Source of the DNA: Guillardia theta CCMP2712
Taxonomy: Eukaryota; Protista; Cryptophyta
Direction of reading: 5' to 3'
NCBI RefSeq assembly: GCF_000315625.1
Contig: NW_005434590.1
Location: 108,311 to 172,310 of the forward strand
Length of the DNA: 64,000 bases
The notes under the pieces are model-generated. The model saw only the letters and a list, made by a program, of their open reading frames with translations, had not been told where the DNA came from and made no database searches. Numbering within the stretch: position 1 is the first letter of the stretch; every line of letters starts with the position of its first letter. Positions 1-14,040 of the stretch are shown here, in pieces. Made by a program: the position numbers and the translations under genes.

Positions 1-1241
1 ATCTCCAAGATCAACCTCCGTCGAGCCATTGATCAGTGCGGGTGTCTGAGCGACCTGTCAGACAAGGCGTTCGACATGCTGGCGTCGTACTTTGAGGAGG
101 AACGGGCAGGCATGCCGTACAAGGACGAGAGGATCAACTATGAAGCTCTTTGCGAAGTTCTTCAGGCAAGCTCCGATCATGTCTACTCCTTGTCTGTTGT
201 TGTTTTGTGGGAGGTTTACTTGCAGTGAGTTGTCAGTCATGGGTGGTGTCTTCGTTCGCATGATTCTTGTCCTTGTTCTTGCATCCTGCTGCTGCTGCTG
301 CTGCTTCTGCTCTCGTTTGTTCTCTCACTGTGATATGATCAGAATGTCTCTCATCACTCGGCCAGCTACGACAGGGGCACAATGACTCTCCCCGACCGAT
401 ATCTCTGGATGAGCGAGCAGGTGAAACTAGCCAAGATGGGAGGAGGAAGGGGGAAGGGGAAAGGGGGAAAGGAGGAAGGAGACTGGGTTGATGCTGCTGC
501 TGTGGCAGCTAAGGAGCGAAGAGTTCACCTCACACTTCAAGAAGAGCCTGGATGAGCTGCCGCTGGCACGTCAGCAGCTATCAGAGGAGGTTCATCCCCC
601 TGCCTGCTGCCTGCTGCCTGCTGCCTGCTGCCTGCTGCCTGCTGCCTGCTGCCTGCTGCCTGCTGCCTGCTGCCTGCTGCCTGCTGCCTGCTGCTGCTCC
701 CCCAAACCTCTCTCCTGACTGTCATCAGGGGGAGAAGCGCTTCAAGGAGCTCAAGACCGCCATCATGCACAAGGTCAGCCTGTTGGTGCCGAGCGAGGAA
801 GTAGTGAGTAAGTGAGCAGATCTACGCCGACCGCATCTCAGCGCGGGAGCTGCTGGGAGATTTCGACCCCTACCTCAACACCAGCGTGTGAGGGCAACCA
901 GGTGGTGAAAGCAGCAGCTGACATGAGCGCAGGTCATGGATGAAGAAGACTACACAGCGCACCCCCATGATCAACATGTCCTCCGGCTGTATCTCCCGCT
1001 CACAGTACTTGCGAGGAATGTACCAGCTTACAGGTGAACCCTCGTCCTCGTCCTCGTCCTCGTTGTAATCCTCGTCCTCGTCCTCGTCCTCCATCTCCCT
1101 CGCTTCCTTCCCTTGATCTGCTGGCAACTGAGAGGAGCAGGTCGGATGGAGCTGAGCACGGATGATCTCAACCTCATCTTCAACAAGTACAAAAAGAACG
1201 GCGCCTTCAACTACTACGTGAGTGCATCTCCGAGCTAGAAA

Positions 1242-1296
<55 letters not shown>

Positions 1297-1368
1297 CCTA
1301 CTTCCTCCTGCTCAACGTTTTCCCAGGCCTTCTGTCGAGATGTGGACCCTGGCTTCGAGGAGCTCAAG
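1..1368 (+). CDS. Multi-EF-hand protein (EFCAB6-like), 3' portion, spliced; 5' end lies outside the window and the last exon is uncertain
   Basis: Manual splicing of short exons gives ISKINLRRAIDQCG..LSDKAFDMLASYF..INYEALCEVLQ, RISARELLGDFDP, SGCISRSQYLRGM and ELSTDDLNLIFNKYKKNGAFNYYAFCRDVD. These match degenerate EF-hand pair patterns. Intron boundaries are GT/GC-AG. Confidence 0.6.
598..698. repeat. Intronic (CCTGCTG/CTGC)n microsatellite
   Basis: Visible tandem array ctgcctgctgcctgctgc... Confidence 0.9.
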
Positions 1369-1650
1369 GTGAGAGGAAGGGCGCGAGAGTTTCACTGACT
1401 GTGGGGTCAGGCGATATTTCATCCGGGCAGGAACGAAGCGAGCTCATCCTCAATTCGATGACCCCTAACAAGCAGGAGGATGGAGGGAAGAGGGGAATGA
1501 AAGCAGCGAGGAGGGAGGGAAGGGAGGGAGGGAGAGAAGGAGAGCATGGAGAAGAGGTGGAGAAGGAGGGAAGGAGGGAGGGGAGGGAACTTTCGAGTTC
1601 AAGTGGATCATTGAATGTACAGACTGAATACAAACCCGTCCGCCACTCGC

Positions 1651-4600
1651 TCAGTATCGCCAGCGGATGGGAGGCATGCGGTCTGGGGCCGGAGCGAGGT
1701 TGAAGGCAGCCTGGAGGGGAGGAGGTAAGAGAAGAGAGACGAGAGAAGAGAGACCAGCCAGTCACCTCGAGGAACTGCTCGATCTCGGCCAGGTGGATGG
1801 TGCTGTTGCCGGTAGCTGGAGAGGCTGCTGGGTTTCTCCCGATGTAGCTGATCCGCTTCCCATTGATTTCAAGGAGCGCTGCAAGCTCGTCAGGCCCTCG
1901 GCACGAGTCGCCTCCTCCTACCAGTCGCTACACGCGGCTCGACGTACGACCAGCACCTGCTCATACTAGTTAGTGGACGGCCCAAGCTGAAGCTGAGCTG
2001 CGCACCCCATGTTCTGAGGCTCCTCCTGGACCCACACGAGCTCGGCGTTAGGGTACCTTGAGGACAGTCAGTTGACAAGCTCAGGAGGAGAAACCCTCAC
2101 TTCTTGGAGAGCTGCTGAACACGATCGAAGGGGAAGGGCGAGATCTGACATCGCTCATGAGTTGCTGGAGAGAGAAGGGAAGGGAGGGGCAGGGAAGGGA
2201 AGGGAGGGGCAGGGAAGGGAAGGGAGGAAGGAGGGAGGGAGGGATGGAAACAACTTTGAGAGCAGACCTGCTCTAGCGTTGCGACTGCGATGTTCTTGAT
2301 CTGTCCAACGGTCAGCCAACGGCTCCCTCGCACCCTCCACGGGCCTGACCTGGTTGTCGTTGCGGTACTTGATGACGTCATAGTACACCTTGCCAGTGCA
2401 GAGGATGAGACGTTTCACTTCCTCCGGCGCTACGATGTCGTGGGGGAAGCGCTCGTCGATCATTCTGCCACAGACAGACTTTAGCTCGTTGCCGAGCTGC
2501 CGGGAAGCAGCCACCTGCGGAACGGGATCCCTGGTACGAACTCCTGGATGTCGGACACACACTGCGGGTGACGCAGCAGGGACTTGGGGGAGAAGACGAC
2601 CTGAACTTCACGTCGGCCACTAGGAAGGAGATGACAAGTGAGGAACTTTACCAGGGGCTTGCGGAACTCGCGGCGAATCTTCAGGGCGAGTCAGCGATCA
2701 TGGGCGGGAAAGGTCAAGCAGCTGCTGACCTGGCGGCGGAGGGCATGGAAGTAGTTTGCTGGAGTAGAGAGGTTGACTATCTGCCAGTTGCTGTGCTGAA
2801 TTTGCATCCTTCCATGCTGGGCCATCTCAGGGATGATCGCTGATATGCAAAACTTTAGCTATATAAAAGACAAACGAGGCAACTCCATGAAAAGAACAAG
2901 AACAAACAAAAGAGGCAACTCAATGAAAAGAACAAGACAAGTACCAGGGTCATCATCGCTCATTTGCAAAAAACGTTCAATCCTTGCCGAGGAATGCTCT
3001 GGCCCCTAGCAGATTCCACAGTCAAAGCAACAACACTTGGCGCATTCCCTTGTACCTGGCCCTCGTAACCGTGGGGAAGGAGCATAACAAGTCCACTCTG
3101 AGTGATTGCAAGTTCAGCTCAACCACGGACAAGAGCAGCTGCACACCTGACGCAGCCATTTCTGCTCTCCAGCCGCTATGAACTGATCGATAATGACCTG
3201 ATCACCCTTGTCAAGGTGCTCAACGTCTTGTTCCACTGAAGTACCTGCGCGGTGTTGGCAAAGTCTCCGAACTGAGCCTCCCACAGCACGAGTGACATAG
3301 GGCTATGGAGAGAATATCTGAGGTGGGAAGTCAACAGCTGCAATCTCTGACGACGAGGCTGCGAACCCGAGCTCAAACCCAAGGACGCCGTACTCTGACA
3401 AGTTGGAGTTGAAGATGGAAAAGGTTGCCTGGTCTGAAGAGAGGTTCTGCAAAGGAACATACCTGCAGGAGAGTTCAGATTCAGTTCGAAAGGTAAACGT
3501 TGTCGACTCCTCACTTGCTCTCGTTCTCCTGGTCGTGCAACACAGCATGGCGGTGGCTGAAGGTCCCGCGCTCGACGTCTTGTCCGCTCAGGCGCACGTG
3601 GACACCTTCCTTGAGCAGAGTGCCGAAGGCCAGCGCCTCGGCCGTTGCCCAGTCGAGGCCAACGCCAGTGTCGAACATGTGCTTCTTGTTCTGCAAACGA
3701 GGTTCAACAAATCATGTGGCAAGTCAGAGTTGAAGGGATGCCTGCATGACTCTCGCGAGTCCGCGATGGATGTGAAAGTCTTTCGGGTACGAAGACAGGC
3801 GCTCGCCGACATTTCTCAGCTCCTCCAGCGGGACTCCAGTGTCTTGACGAGCAGAGAAGCTGAATCGAGACTTGAATCCCTTCCAGCGGTTCTCCAAGGG
3901 GATTTCACCCTTATCCCAAGTTCCACTCTCAACATTTCTCCTCGCCTTCTCGAAAGCTTGTTCGAAGATTCTCACGCAGTCCGCCTCCACCTTGTCAATC
4001 TCGTCCTTGGACAGAAGGGACTTCTCCAACGCCTCGTCCTGGAATTTCTGCAACACGGGCTTCGTCTTGGAAATGTGCTGATACATCAGCGGCTGTGTGA
4101 AGCTCGGCTCGTCAATCTCATTGTGACCGTATCGCCTGTACCCAACAATGTCCACAATCACATCTTTGCCAAACTTCTGTCTGAACTCAGCTGCAGTTGC
4201 ACAAACCCAGCAAACTGCTTGTAGATCGTCTGCATTCACATGGAAGATTGGGACGCTGACGCATTTCGCAACATCCGAGCAGTAAGGAGAGGACCTTGCA
4301 AAGCGAGGATCAGTTGTGAAACCAATCTGGTTGTTCACGATGATGTGCACAGTCCCCCCAGTGCTGTATCCTTTGATATCTGAAAGTTCCAGGGTCTCAT
4401 ACACGATGCCCTGACCTGCAAAGGCAGCATCACCGTGAAGGAGAACGCTCATGGCGCGTCGACGAGTGTCATCCTTCAATGACTCTTGCTTCGCCCGGGT
4501 TTTACCGAGGACCACCGGATTCACAGCTTCCAAGTGGGACGGGTTTGCTACTAAGGAAAGATGAACCCGCTTGCCGCAAGTGGTGGGTCGGTCGATGGAG

Positions 4601-5667
4601 AATCCCAGGTGATACTTGACATCGCCACTGCCCCAGACCTCGTCATGTCCGGGCACGGAAGCCACAGTCCCTGCGATGAACTCCTGAAAGATCTCCTCCA
4701 TCGGTTTCCTCATGACGTTGGCTAGTACGTTGAGCCTGCCTCTGTGCGGCATGCCAATATTGAAAGCTTCGCACCCCAGCTCTGCGGCTCTGTCTATCAT
4801 GCTCTTGATACCGGGGATCGCAGATTCTACCCCCTCCAAACCGAACCTTTTGGTCACTCCGTATTTCGTAGCAAGGAAAGTTTCAAAGTTGGAAGCGAAC
4901 GCAAGTCTGTCGTACATGTTCAGCACGTCCGACTTGGTATGCTGGAATTTATCTGACTTTTCAAACTTGTCTCGGATCCAATTCTGCTGTTCAAGATCCG
5001 GAATATGCATGAACTCTACTCCAATGGTATCGCAATAAGCACCCTTCAGCGTGTCAATGATCTCACGAAGAGTCTGTGGACGTCCCGAAGCCAGCACACC
5101 AGCCGCTGCTGCTCCAATTGCCGCTGCTCCCATGTAAAACTCTCTATCAAGGTCCGCATCTGTGAACCCATACGTCTTGTGATCTAAAAACTGAGGCATC
5201 TGACCATCGGGCTGCATGTGGATATTCGCTGTGTTGATTTCAAGAGGGTCGAGGTGCGCCAGGTAATGCCCGCGCACCTGGAACGCTCGAACTAACAGGA
5301 GCAAGTTCATGTGGTCTACCGCTGCAGACGCCACCTGATCCACTTCCACTGGCACCGGCTCGATCCCCCCGGTCAGAGACGGAGGGAGGGCGTTAGCAGC
5401 GCCTGGCTGCGCGTTGGCTTGCAGGTTCGCGAAGAAAACTTGCCATGACTTGTGAACAGAGTTGGGATCCTTCTCCCATGCTTCGAAGAGCTCCTCGACA
5501 TAGGCTCCCCCAGTTCCTGTGATGAAGGACTCATGCACTCGGGCTGGAGAAGAAAACTTGCGGGAGGACAGAGCTCGGGGAAACTGTCGCTGCAGGCTGG
5601 ACAAGGAGAATTGCTGCCTCACTCGCCTTACAAAAGATGCACGAGCAGCGGCAACAAACATTTGCAT
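1651..5667 (-). CDS. OGDH: 2-oxoglutarate dehydrogenase E1 subunit, mitochondrial (spliced)
   Basis: Arg/Ser-rich N-terminal presequence; motifs [52 protein letters not shown] and YRRYGHNE. Downstream exons encode [51 protein letters not shown] and [13 protein letters not shown], ending PPIRWRY* at 1651. Confidence 0.97.
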
Positions 5668-7516
5668 CTTCAGCAGAGGGCAACGATGAAGGGTGAGCTG
5701 AGACGAAGGCTAAGAGCTCAGATGAGAGATGCGCGTCCTACTTATAGGGAAGGCGGACCCTGTATGGTGGCAGTGGAAGCCTCGTGGAAGAGTACCGTCT
5801 TCCGGACCCTGCAAGCTCACGCGTCAGCCATGAAGAATGATCCAACAACATTTGGAACAAATCATCTCACTACTCCTCACTCTGCTCATCAATCGTCCTT
5901 TCCTATTCTGTTGCACAAGCTCCCAACCACTCACTCGTTTCCTCTAATCCTACCCTACGCTTTCCTTCTTCATCTCTTCCTTTCCTTTCCTTTCTTGAAT
6001 CTATCTGTCTCTTCCCTCCTGCAACATGACCTCCCTTCACAGATTCACAATCCTCTTCGCCAGGTATCAACCTGCCAACGAAGTCGACTAGCTTCCTCCC
6101 TGATCTGATCACATGGTGCCTTTCATCTTCTCACCATCTCATCTTCCCGCTTCCTCCTCTACTCCTTCCCATCCTGTTAAGTTCATTCACCCTCATCTGC
6201 TCTACGGCTCCTCCTCCCTCTCCCCCTTCCTCTCCTCCAGATATCGTCTGCGCCTGTTCCTGCCATAGCTTGACTGAGAGAGGGGTTCTGACCTTGGGGT
6301 CCTTTCGCAAGGGTAGGGTACTAAATTGCGGGGGTGTGCTTGTTTCCTACGTGGTAGGGGTCCTTTCCGTTTAAAATATTTCACAGATTACTATGGGGGT
6401 CCAGAAATAAGCAGGTGGGGGTACATGTTACACAGGTAGGGGTACTCGAAAAGGGCTCAAGTACCCCACAACTACAAGAGTATTGAGTGATCCAACAAGG
6501 GTGGGAGACTTGAACAAGGAGGTATCGTGTACGTAGGGTAGGTGAGGGTACTGTGTTGGTCAGCTAACAGGGTGAAGGGGTAGATATCAAGTCAAATTGG
6601 GGGGTGGAGCACATTAAATCAGGGGTCCCAGGTGTCTACATTGCCTACACCCCATGGACAAGCAAGGGTAGGGTGTCACCCCTACCTCCTCCAAACAAGC
6701 TTTTTCAGAACTGTTCCTGCTTTGTTCCTCGCTTACATCACCCCTACCCTATATTCATGATTGATTTTTCTTTTATGTACCCTACCCTTTTCCGCTCGCA
6801 TTGTCGTGAACACTCTCTTTGTACTACCCGGTCAACTCCTTTCGATACAACCCTACTACCCCTACCACTTCCGCTTTGGGAGGAAACACCCCCCATACGA
6901 AGTACCCTCATCTACCGATAGAAAGTACCCCTCATTTTCCACTGGACACCACCCGTCATGTAACCCCTCTATAACCCCCTCTTTATACTGACGAAGTACC
7001 CCTTCCATGAGTTTCCGGGAAATCAAGTCTGCCTCAGATGGAAGTATCAAAGAAACATCGAACGAGCGCAAGGGCGGGCATGACTTNNNNNNNNNNNNNN
7101 NNNNNNNNNNNNNNNNNNNNNNNNNNNNNNNNNNNNNNNNNNNNNNNNNNNNNNNNNNNNNNNNNNNNNNNNNNNNNNNNNNNNNNGGACGGACGGAGGG
7201 ACAGACGGAGGGACAGACGGAGGGACAGACGGAGGGACGGAGGGAGGTGGGAATGGAGGGAGGGAGGGAGGGAGGGAGGGAGGTATGAACGGAGGTATGA
7301 ACGGAGGGAGGAACGGAGGGAGGAACGGGGGTAGGGCTGAGGCATGGAGGAAGGCAGGGAGAGGAAGAGTCAGTCGTATCAATGAGGATGCCGCAATCAA
7401 AGAGAGATGTGGAGGGAGAGGATTTATTCAGATGCTCGGGAGGGGTGAAATTCAAGGATCAGAAGGAGGCCTGCGAGGTGACAAGTGTTGAATAGGAAGG
7501 ATTAACAGTAGGTAGC

Positions 7517-10150
7517 ATGGCTGAGAGTGAAGAATCCATTAACATGTATGAGCGACTGACATGACGCGGCGGGGAGGGGGATTGGAGGATTGCCAGCACA
7601 TCGTGCAAAGATGGCATGTTGACCACCTCTGGGGCAACACATGCCTGGTAGGTAGTGACGGTTGGTGCTGCAGATGTCAGAGCAAGAACACAGATCACTT
7701 CGGCTTGCTATCATCGAGTACCTTAACGGGGTTGCCAAAGATGGTTCGCTGAGCGCTGACGCTACTGAGAGTTTGGTGAGTTTTGCAAGCGACTTGCTCG
7801 ACAAGGGATTATCTTCGGGATAACTTCTTGTTCATGTTGAGGAACTTCAATCCATGTTTGTTTAGCATGCGATCTATCAGCAGAGTGTCTTCAAACGACT
7901 GCACTCTCATCTAACGCTCTTCTTATGCAGGAAGTGGCAGTACAATGCCTGATGGAGGCATTCGGGATCGAGAGCATGGACAAGTGTACAGAGGAGAACG
8001 CAATCAAACCTCTGACGCTGCCTGTTGTCTTCCACACTGGCGTCCAGGTCTTGATGGGATCCGAAAGCAATGATGCTGCGAAGAACGTGCCGGAGGATTC
8101 GCAGCAGGTAGCTGCGACCATGCCGATGTCAACTACTCGAGATGACACCTTTATAGGGAAGGCAGGCAGAAAGGCCAGCAGAGCATGACGAGGGTCAGGA
8201 AGCGCTGTTCAAGAAGTTCATCGTCACGTTGAAGGAGCGGGGTTTCTTCGCGGGGCTCGAGGAGGGGACGGTGAAGTTGTGCGGGTGCGGGTCTGCCGTC
8301 CTGATTCCTGACGTAGCCTGAATGGGATGAGCGAATGGGTCGAGCAAGGGCGAAGTTTTCGGAGCGATACTCAGCGTCGTCGATGGCTCCAGCAGGGAAG
8401 AAGTCTCAGGAGCCCGCGGCTGCAGTAGAGCCTCTGCGGGAGAGGCTGCAGGAGGAAACGAAGAGGATGGAGGAGGTAGGCTGCTGCTTTGGCCTGCTGA
8501 TTCGTCCGACTTGACCCGCTGCTGAAGGCTGAGGCGGAGAAGGTGAAGGGCAACGATCACCTAACAAACCAGCGCTATGCTGAGGCTGTGCGAGCATACA
8601 GCTCTGCCATCCAGCTGTGGCCCAACAACGCAGTGTACTACTCCAACAGAGCAGCAGGTGTGTGAGATCTCCATTGATCTGATTGCTCCTTGTGTCATGG
8701 GGTCGAGTTGATCATTTTTTCATGTTCAGCCTACACACATATGCACATGTACGACGAGGCGATCAACGACTGCAGGAAGGCGATCAAGGTGCATCCGTGT
8801 AGTCGTGTTGCTCTGCTGCTGAACACACCCGACAGATCAAACCAGACTTTGCTAAAGCGTACTCCGATTCCGACTCGCTCCTGACTGTTGGTAAGAGATT
8901 CTGCCAGGTACTCGAGATTAGGAACAGCACACTTTCAGGCAGGGCGGTACAAGGAGGCGCTGGACGAGGGGTATGCCTTGACCATGCAGTGTTCGACTCT
9001 GATGTTGACCTGCTCAGATATCTTACGGCAGCTGAGCTCGAGCCCAGCAACCAGCAGTATGCGAAGGTGAGGTACAAACAAGACGCTCCTTCATGTGACG
9101 CCTTCTCAGGCTATCGACCTGGCCAGATCGCGTCTCAACGAAGCAAGCAACAGGTTCAGTAGCGTGCTCTTGCCTGACCCGCTTCCTCAATGTGAGTGGT
9201 GTGTTAGGGCCTTTCCTCAAGGGGCAGGGGCTGCCGGCGGCTTCGACATCGACGAGGCGCTCTTGGGAGGAGCCGGAGGGCTCTTCAGCAACCCAGAGCT
9301 CTTGCAGGTGTGACGTGCGATGTTTGTGATGTTTGTGCTGACGATCCTGCTGCTGGAGCAGACGCTATCGGCATTACAGGTCTGGCGAATTCCTCCATCT
9401 GTTCCTCCCTCTTCCCGCTGGCATGCCCAAAATCTTGCACCTCGCTTCTCTTCTGACCCTTCCCCGTCCTTTCCCCGTCCCCGCCCCACCCACCTTCCTC
9501 TCTCTGTCTCTCTGTCTCTTATCTCTCGTCCCTGTCCCCTTCCCCCTTGTCTACAATCGTCCTCCTGCATCTGATCGCATATTTTCTCAGGGGGGCTGTC
9601 CTGGAGGATTCCCCAATGCCAACAGCGCTGGAGCCATGGGGAACGAGGGGGATGGAAACGCTTTCCTTTCGCAATCGGCAGAAGCTTTTCAAGCAGCTCT
9701 AGCGTCGCCCGGCTTTGAGGACCTGAGAAGCAGTGCCAAGGTGCGGAACTAGATTCGCCTGGCTCTGTCCTACTTTCTGACATTTATTCAGGCGCAGAAG
9801 ATTGTCTCGGACTTGCGTCAGTACGGGCCCATGGCCTTCATGAACTACGTCAACGACGACGAGGTGATGCCGTCTAGATCAACATCTCTACCTGCTCTCC
9901 TCTCTCCTCCTCCGTCCGACTTTCTTACCTGCTCTCCTCCTCTCCTCTACTGCACTCTACCTCAAGTATTCTCTTCCTCTCAGCCTTTGCTTCGCCGAGT
10001 CTGCGACTCAGCAGGCCTTTCGCTCCTTCAGCACGTAGCATCGACTAAGTTCTTGTGCTCTGACTTCGTGACGTGCCGCAGGCCACCGACATTATCAACC
10101 GCTTGTCCTCTGCCGCTCTGACTCACTTGGGTCCACCGGGATATTCGTAG
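7517..10150 (+). CDS. SGTA: SGT/SGTA-like TPR co-chaperone (SGTA dimerisation domain, 3 TPRs, STI1-like C-terminus); start at 7517 or 7674
   Basis: Exons encode LRLAIIEYL and EVAVQCLMEAFG (dimerisation domain), then AEAEKVKGNDHL..YAEAVRAYSSAIQLWPNNAVYYSNRAAAY..YDEAINDCRKAIK..PDFAKAYSRLGTAHFQAGRYKEAL (TPRs), and KIVSDLRQYGPMAFMNYVNDDE. TAG at 10148-10150. Confidence 0.85.
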
Positions 10151-10508
10151 CCTACGTCCGAGTATACCGTGCGAGTTTGCCCGTCAGTAAACGCCTCATT
10201 ACACTCTGAGTGCCAGTGCCGGGAACGGTTGCCACATCGGCCAGTGGGCCGGGCCCGAGGCAGCACTGAGGCTGGCCCTGCGTTGTCGCCGGATGGCCCT
10301 CACGGCCTAGCAACTCCGAGATTGGGATATGCGTCCCACCCTTGTCGCTGGCTTTTCTGGATTATAATCCAGAAAAAGGTGGGTGGTACTCATTGCAATG
10401 AGATAGAGCTCTAAAACTATTCCCCATAACCCCTTCCTCTCACTCGCATTTGTACCGGTGGAGGTGACAACTAGTCAAAGCGAAAACCTCTCTTTTCAGT
10501 GGGGCAGC

Positions 10509-11111
10509 ATGACACAAGAAGTCAAAGCGAAAACCTCTCTTTTCAGTGGGGCAGCTAACGTTCAGATCTCCCTTCAACAAGGCCTCCTGGGGCCCCGTCC
10601 CGTCTCCTCGCACGCGCAACCCTGTCTCATGCACACCCTCTACGTAAAGTCTCGTCCCAGGCGCTCCTCCAGCCGACATATCGTGCAGCTCTCCCTCCCC
10701 CTCCTCTCCCGCCTCTTCCACCTCAAGCAGCCCCTGGCCGCCGACTGCCTCGGCATCTCCCTCACCTCCCTCAAGAGCGCCTGCCGCAAGCTTGGTCTTC
10801 GCCGGTGGCCGTACGAGCGCGCTCAGCAGCGGGAGAGCGAGGAGGGGTCGGGTCGTGGCTCGCTCGCAGACAGCAGCAGGCTCGCTCATGCGACAGGAGG
10901 CGGGCCTACGGATCAGGAGGAGCAGCTCAACCCGGTGTTGTCTTCTGGCGACCCCTCGCCCTGGCGTTGTGTAGGGCTGGAGGGGCTGGAAGGGAGGGAG
11001 AAGGGATGTGAGGAGGCGAGAGAGGGTCTGTTTGAGGAGCTTTTCGGAAGCTTGCCGCTGGAGGTGGAGGAGGAGCAGCAGAGGAAGGGCTGTGAGCTTG
11101 AGATCTTTTAA
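10509..11111 (+). CDS. RWP-RK domain transcription factor (intronless)
   Basis: LSLPLLSRLFHLKQPLAADCLGISLTSLKSACRKLGLRRWPY is the RWP-RK consensus. First ATG at 10509. Confidence 0.88.
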   Translation: MTQEVKAKTSLFSGAANVQISLQQGLLGPRPVSSHAQPCLMHTLYVKSRPRRSSSRHIVQLSLPLLSRLFHLKQPLAADCLGISLTSLKSACRKLGLRRWPYERAQQRESEEGSGRGSLADSSRLAHATGGGPTDQEEQLNPVLSSGDPSPWRCVGLEGLEGREKGCEEAREGLFEELFGSLPLEVEEEQQRKGCELEIF

Positions 11112-12086
11112 CAGTCCAGTTGTATTAGGATAATATCGCCAGTCTTTGAAAACGTTAAGTCTTATCTGCTTTGCATTTTTTTTTTTTTTTTTGCAAGATT
11201 ATTGAACACCAAATTATTGTTGCCAAAAGGCTTGGTGCTCGTGATTATGGTCCTCAGTTATCACCGCAACAAGTGCGAACGAGCTGTCTCCTGTGACAGT
11301 TGGACTTTCCTGTTCCCCTCTTGGTTCTCAAAGTGATTTTGTTAGTAGCCCTGCGGCATGCCGAGCATCGGCGCCCCGTAGTGCGAGAATTGCACTTGCC
11401 CTACTCAAGGCTTGCCAAGTTCACCGAGTTACACTGATGAGTATGGCAAGGTACTCCATCACACTGTCAAGATCATCCCAGTGTTAGAGCTCGAAGGAAC
11501 AGGTCTCTCCCCAGAGCCAGATATAGCTGCAGCAGAACTCGGAAAGGCGTCATCTACAGTTGATTGTGATTTCTACTCCAACAACAGAGCCTGGCAAGAC
11601 ACCTATGACCATCGCAGTGAGAAGGCTCACATCATCCTTTGGGTTTATTCCCGCCCGTTGAAGTTGAGCAAGCCGCCGGGGACCCGGAAGCTTACAGTAG
11701 TACTATGGCTCTTCTCAGTTTTACAACTCAGTGACCTCCGAGGCTCCTTGCATCAGCGCACTGGTCAGTGAGACCCGGCCGCAACTTGACTTGCTGACTT
11801 GCAAACGGGCCCGGCACCGGGCCGCACAGTGATGGTTGACTCTGTGAGCCTTCCCTGCTGAGTCACCGGCCGGCGGCGCCGGGTACCGTACTGTCCCCCT
11901 CCGGTCTGACGGACTCGGGAGTACGGTCAGTCCGAGTGAGCCGGCCGGGCCCGGCCGCCGGCCTCTTGAGTGTAACAAAGGGGATCAACGGTTGCGAAAT
12001 GACGGGGGTTGTGAAGGAGGGAATGCGGGAAGGGAAGGAGAGAGGGGCAGAGAAGAGAGCAGGATGAGAGAGGGAGGAGAAGCGAG

Positions 12087-12202
12087 CATCATCTATACTT
12101 CATCACAGACAAGATAGCTCTTGATCATCATCTATACTTCATCACAGACAAGATAGCTCTTGATCATCATCTAGACTTCATCATAGACAAGATAGCTCTT
12201 GA
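12087..12202. repeat. Three tandem copies of a ~39-bp unit
   Basis: catcatcta(t/g)acttcatca(c/t)agacaagatagctcttga repeated three times. Confidence 0.9.
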
Positions 12203-12235
12203 AGTGCATCTTCTAGTAGAAGACCCGATACCAGA

Positions 12236-14040
<1,805 letters not shown>

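Noticed and set aside
3403-4224. 273-aa + strand ORF, and the many + strand ORFs within 31-51 kb
   Set aside because: Antisense to OGDH or to the giant gene, with no independent motifs.
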